In this document: in pieces, positions 61,101-64,000 of the stretch
Layout of the letters: every line of letters begins with the position of its first letter
Numbering within the stretch: position 1 is the first letter of the stretch
Source: Pelagomonas calceolata
Lineage: Eukaryota
DNA: 64,000 bases
Assembly (NCBI GenBank): GCA_918797485.1
Contig: CAKKNE010000005.1
Span: 5,022,001-5,086,000 of the forward strand
Reading direction: 5' to 3'
The notes under the pieces: model-generated
Seen by the model: the letters and a program-made list of their open reading frames with translations, nothing else
Told to the model about the DNA's origin: nothing
Databases searched by the model: none
Program-made: the position numbers and the translations under genes

Positions 61101-64000
61101 GCTCCGGCGGAGCGCCGACGAGCGAGCGAAGCGCCTGACGGTCGTCGAGGGCGAGCGGGACGAGCTCCGGCGGAGCGCGGACGAACAAGCGAAAAGAAGC
61201 ATAACGCTGGAGCGCGACCTGGCGGCCACGCGCGCCGAGGCCGCGCGGCGCCTCGCGGAGCTCGACGAGGCGGAGGCGGCGACGGCCGCGGCGGCGCGGA
61301 CCGCCGCGACGCTCAAGGCCCGCGTGGCGACGGTCGAGGCCGAGAACGAGGAGCACACGACGCGCAATGCGACGCTCAAGGCCCGCCTCGCCGCGCTCGA
61401 GGGCGCGCTCGCCGCCGCGGAGAGCGCGCCGGAGCCGCTCAAGGCGCGCCTCGCGGCCCTCGCGCAGGACCGCGACCGCCTCGCGGCCGACGCCGACGCG
61501 CGCCTGGCCGACGCCGATCGCCGGGCCGCGGAGCAGCGCCGCCGCGTCGCCGCGCTCGAGGCGGACGCCGAGGCCCAAGCCGCCAAGGAGGAGGCGCTGC
61601 GGCGCCGCGTCGCCGCCCTCGAGGGCGACGTCGCGGCGGCGGCCGCCGCCCAGACGCCGCTGAAGGCGCGCCTCGCGACGGCGACCGACGACTTCGACGA
61701 GGTGGCGCGGGACCGCGACGCGCTCGCGCGCCGCGTCTTCGCCCTCGAGGGCGACGCGGACGCGCGGGCGCAGGAGGCCGCGGGCTTGCGTCGGAAGGTG
61801 AGCGCGCTCGAGGGCGAGCTCGCCGCCCACGCGCCGCTGAAGGCGCGCCTCGCGGCCGCGGGGGAAGACCACGACGAGCTCGGGCGCCAGCTCGCGGCCG
61901 CGACCCGCCGCGCCGCCGCCCTCGAGAGCGACCTCGCCGCGGCGACCGCCGCGCAGACGCCCCTAAAGGCGCGCCTCGCGGCCGCGGCGGACGACCAAGA
62001 GGCGGCAGCGCGGGACCGCGAGGCACTTTCGCGCCGCGTCGCCACCCTCGAGAACGACCAGACCCAGGAAGCCGCCGACTTGCGTAGGAAGGTAAGCGCG
62101 CTTGAGGGCGAGCTCACCAACGCGGCGGCCGCCGCGCAGACGCAGCTCGCGGCCGCGACCCGCCGCGCCGCCGCCCTCGAGAGCGACGTCGAGGCCCAGA
62201 CCCAGGCGGCCGCCGGCCTCCGCCGGAAAATAAGCGCGCTCGAGGGCGAGAAGGGCGCGCTCGGCGTCGCCGCCGAGGCGCGGCTCACCAAGCTCGCTTC
62301 GGAAAAGGCCGCGGCCGAGGCGCGGTGTGAAGAGTTGCGGCGCGCCGCCGAGGCCGCCGCCGCGCACACAGCGACGCACAGCGAGTTTCAGGACGCGGCG
62401 ACGGCGCGGCTGGCCGAGGTCGAGCGCGCGCGGCGGGCGCTCGAGGGCGAGCGCGACCGGCTTCAGGAGGAGCAAGCGGGTGTCGACGCGGAGCTCCGGG
62501 CGCGGACCGAGAGAGCTGAAGAGGCCGAGGCGCAGGCGTCGGCGCTGCGCCAGGACCTCGAGATCGTCGCCGCCGAGCGCGACGCCCTCCGGGCCGAGGC
62601 GGCGGAGGCGCGGGACGCGCTCGAGCGCCGCGTCGAAGTCCTAGCCAAGGAGCGGGACGAGCTCCGGACCGCGTCGGAAGAAAGCAAGGCCAAGCACGAG
62701 GCGCAACAAAAAGCGCTGGGCGTCGCGTCCGAGGCGCGCCTCGCCCAGCTCGACGCGAGGCGGAGCAAGGCCGAGGCGGACTGCGAGCGGCTCCGCCGCG
62801 ACCGCGCGGCCGCCGACGAGCGGGCGCGCGCGGCGCTCGACGAGGCCGACGCGCGCCTCGCGGAGCTCGGCCGCCGCGTCGCGCAGCTCACGCACGAGAA
62901 CGGCGACCTGCAGACGGCCGCCGCCGCGGCGCAGCGGCGGCTCCGGGCCCTCGAGGGCGAGGTTACATTACTTGGAGACGGCCCGCGCGAGGTCCAGGAG
63001 TTGAGGAAGGAGCTCCGGACCTTGAACGACGAGCGCGACGCGGAGGTGGCCCAGGTGCGCCGCGAGCTCGGCGCGATGACGCGCGCGCGCGACGAGGCGC
63101 GGGAGACGGGGGACGAGGCGCGGGCGGCGCTGCGGCGCAAACTCGGCGTGGCCGAGGCGGAGGCCGAGAGTGCAATCGCCACGATATCGGCGCTGCGCGG
63201 CGAGGCGAGTGAAAACGAGGCGGCCCTGGCGCAGCTGCGCCGGGAGCTCGCCGATGCGACGCGGGCGCGCGAGGAGGGCGAGGCGGCCCTTTCTGCGGCC
63301 CGCGCGGACGCCGCCGCTTTGGTCGACGAGCGCGACGAGCTAGCGAGGCACATCGACGACGCCGACGCCGTCGCGGCGACGCTGCGGCGCCAGGTCGCGG
63401 ACCTGGGGACCGAGCGCGACGCGCATGAACTCGATGCGAAGAAGTCGGGCCGCCGCGTGCGGGAGCTCGAGCGCGAGGCCGAGGCTGCGGTCGACTTGAA
63501 GCGCCAGCTCGTCTCCCTAAAAACGGACCGCGACGACCTGCAGACGATGAGCGACGCGCGGAGCGCGGCGCTGCACCGGCGCATCTCGACGCTGGAAGCG
63601 GAACTCACGGAAGCCTCGCAGCGGCTCCCGCCCCTGCGGGCCGAGGTCGCGGCCGCCGAGGACGCGGCGCGCGAGGCCCGCCGGGCGCGCGACGACGACG
63701 CGAGCGCGTTCCGACGCCAGGTTGCCGCGCTCGAGGCGCGCCTGGCGGAGGCGGAGCGGCCTGCCGTCGCGACGCCCCAGCGCCCCGACCGGGACCAGTT
63801 GCTCGAGGACGCCGAGGGTCGCGTTCAAACCCAGCGGCGGGCGCTCCTCTCCGCGACGCACGAGCGCGACGAAGCCATGGCGCAGTACGACGTTTTGAGA
63901 AGACGCATCGCGTCGCTGGAAGCGGCGCTCCAGGAGCAGCGGGACGCGGCCGACCGCACGACGCAGCAATTGCGGAGCGAAAAACGAGATTTGGAGAGCG
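55132..64000 (+). CDS. Giant (>2900 aa, runs off the window) Ala/Glu/Arg-rich coiled-coil protein
   Basis: ATG 55132 (MGPPPGDPGSP). The frame was open in every segment I translated and reaches the window end. It is absent from the ORF track, presumably for lack of a stop, and leaves long antisense shadow ORFs. Confidence 0.85.
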   Translation, partial: MGPPPGDPGSPEPPPAPGQRRSPAPPPMPAHAVQMQPESIRARELRAAQAQNNASDESDGALTPPKPRVLPPVPSPRSAPAADRLAAENAMLKAALENARKTIHDAAAERDDLRKRATEEINAMRASLDAERAELREASYTKAALLRRSEPHADLAEALQSLEAMKAGAAARDARDAAAKSALADEVSALKASGRAAARLQADLAAAHAELEAERQGRAAQTGAFRAQLDDIRAAKEEACRDAVDWAEESSRFKGEVTALLTKCQKLEEDKAAAIESNGGLEADLAAARRETDEVTGRLDGAVASLAQAKTEQERLYAETSSLKRDLAATKADLVQSKADADAARDARDAAIADARAAARRFSQELAAARASGETQAAADARAAAELQRDLVAAKAALDVARTPPASPNPRLSQLEAHADAADEARDAALAECVQLRKKLSSLEVDRDELQAGRETIKGKAANLQRRLTALEAELAAAQEAHEARLSSLAEERDRRVGDERDRVASLRRELAGSIADRDDLRASVDVLKRRSDTLEKQLREERAAAEVASDQLKEDRERSLSEERAAGEATAQKLRRDLDAKQAQLDEANALLLSGPAPREADAPAVARLKAELATASEALDRMTVEAADAGHSATNLRRDVESERDKRRKAETEANDQRRAAEEALSQADAVKRDADARMASAKREADARLAAAQREAEQRLADARRGDAEALADAKRDAEAKRRDADALRASNAELQRVADRLREELSEMGELRRELAAARTPRDDAPPPPPPLRNPQVAELQREVERLTEEAESRRATSFVEATRLRDEADAARAVASDLRDDLRAAEGQRDEAVDAARKLERTVARLKGDVDAAAGRRDAADARALHEAAAALDAARQAQRAAEGARDGAVADAARLQAALDAARTEWHSPRRHGTPEGADVTRLEAELAAARKAEAATAARVRDECRAEAARLEADLKAASQKAEAATAARVRDECRAEAARLEADLKAASQKAEAATAARVRDECRAEAVRLEADLRADRSELNSAKTSLEHELAAMTRERDVALAACSEANGELRALKLKHELEAELEAVRTPPRDHAARADRAEREKMEAEAREAEVRAEFAALRRRLDAAEARAASTSDSEEVPRSPAAALNEEVSEVLREADRSVRQNIRRVETFESGDAPQTPPRSRGLRRRVAALAEERDALLANAEKRISSLTEQLARVTQERDAARPIVETRGRATQTKVYGLQQRPRSAPPSPRGSSDDEDRGKWRRAEDELKSLRRMLEDAAASEARAVASLKRDLAAAQAELDVLRTPQKNPMEQALAAEKRRREVLEAELSEVRQELEKVSAGEARAVATLKRDLAATKASLEIHSEPADTSVVKRLRDALNEATSELNEARSSMKSQKKTADELEACRRAHAAEKQAAEELRQKIHEASLVRTPPQTPPREPSSDHAAAGSTAGRMRAAALKSLRTELEHARAALAEMRLRSDHTEESHVKALQHDLRHAAEECQELHDEVAKEKKLRAESEEALRMEQSVFAEAEMALRGKISEKAGALEAERRLRAEAEASLQDMAAVSAALGAERRRRGELEAALAELQRTSSEKESSLRVDLTTAADALGALDEEHRTEAAALRSNLEAQHEVEANLRGELAHAQDALQAERAAWAEVEAEVENEREQRTRTEDDLREELRAVEADRTRTEDDLRAELQSKAEALAAEQAARNRTEAALAEAVRPRTGDVERLETHLVDLAAAATDEVDAHRNAAQRRAAELQRARSDHEAQASNAQRRIAALERELAAARTALEDANADDAAAAQTIETLERELAHVSSGATAAARAHERALGEARDEAAAEARTAQRKDAELARANDALQAATNDRDAAEATIQGLRRDLVRRGDALRVAEEDRDATIQQLQRELEATKRDAAKWKDDADALRTEAFVEATRLRDETQDARTRAREAAAAQAERLTAAERERDELRRSADERAKRLTVVEGERDELRRSADERAKRLTVVEGERDELRRSADEQAKRSITLERDLAATRAEAARRLAELDEAEAATAAAARTAATLKARVATVEAENEEHTTRNATLKARLAALEGALAAAESAPEPLKARLAALAQDRDRLAADADARLADADRRAAEQRRRVAALEADAEAQAAKEEALRRRVAALEGDVAAAAAAQTPLKARLATATDDFDEVARDRDALARRVFALEGDADARAQEAAGLRRKVSALEGELAAHAPLKARLAAAGEDHDELGRQLAAATRRAAALESDLAAATAAQTPLKARLAAAADDQEAAARDREALSRRVATLENDQTQEAADLRRKVSALEGELTNAAAAAQTQLAAATRRAAALESDVEAQTQAAAGLRRKISALEGEKGALGVAAEARLTKLASEKAAAEARCEELRRAAEAAAAHTATHSEFQDAATARLAEVERARRALEGERDRLQEEQAGVDAELRARTERAEEAEAQASALRQDLEIVAAERDALRAEAAEARDALERRVEVLAKERDELRTASEESKAKHEAQQKALGVASEARLAQLDARRSKAEADCERLRRDRAAADERARAALDEADARLAELGRRVAQLTHENGDLQTAAAAAQRRLRALEGEVTLLGDGPREVQELRKELRTLNDERDAEVAQVRRELGAMTRARDEARETGDEARAALRRKLGVAEAEAESAIATISALRGEASENEAALAQLRRELADATRAREEGEAALSAARADAAALVDERDELARHIDDADAVAATLRRQVADLGTERDAHELDAKKSGRRVRELEREAEAAVDLKRQLVSLKTDRDDLQTMSDARSAALHRRISTLEAELTEASQRLPPLRAEVAAAEDAAREARRARDDDASAFRRQVAALEARLAEAERPAVATPQRPDRDQLLEDAEGRVQTQRRALLSATHERDEAMAQYDVLRRRIASLEAALQEQRDAADRTTQQLRSEKRDLES
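57943..58196 (+). repeat. 90-bp coding tandem repeat, about 2.8 copies
   Basis: KAEAATAARVRDECRAEAARLEADLKAASQ units start at 57943, 58033 and 58123. Confidence 0.9.
61027..61193 (+). repeat. 63-bp coding tandem repeat, about 2.7 copies
   Basis: ERDELRRSADERAKRLTVVEG units start at 61027, 61090 and 61153. Confidence 0.9.

Noticed and set aside
55923..63608. Very long minus-strand ORFs (968, 711, 544 and 381 aa)
   Set aside because: Ser/Ala/Arg-rich antisense shadows of the plus-strand coiled-coil gene.

Overview
This is a gene-dense, GC-rich eukaryotic window with about 30 mostly intron-poor genes. It is probably from a pelagophyte alga such as Pelagomonas or Aureococcus, inferred from introner-type introns, GC3 bias and gene families. 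(1) Both introns of the ribosomal protein uL2/RPL8 gene carry tightly packed, sense-strand tRNA cassettes: tRNA-Trp(CCA)-2 nt-tRNA-Sec(UCA)-3 nt-tRNA-Val(UAC) in intron 1, and a near-identical Trp-Sec pair in intron 2. (2) A spliced gene appears to fuse an intact histone-deacetylase-family domain, a ligand-less Rieske-like domain and a GNAT acetyltransferase. (3) Four copies of a terminal-inverted-repeat (TIR) element with 8-bp target-site duplications (TSDs) each form a cleanly excisable intron. (4) A ~25-bp motif (CTTGCTAGTGTCTTACAG(G)CCGCTAGC) recurs about 11 times, only in 5' intergenic regions. (5) Several proteins have unusual domain architectures, including an IQ + Orai-like + EF-hand protein and a receiver + zinc-finger + Nudix protein. 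All calls were made by eye from the sequence and ORF track; no database searches were run.
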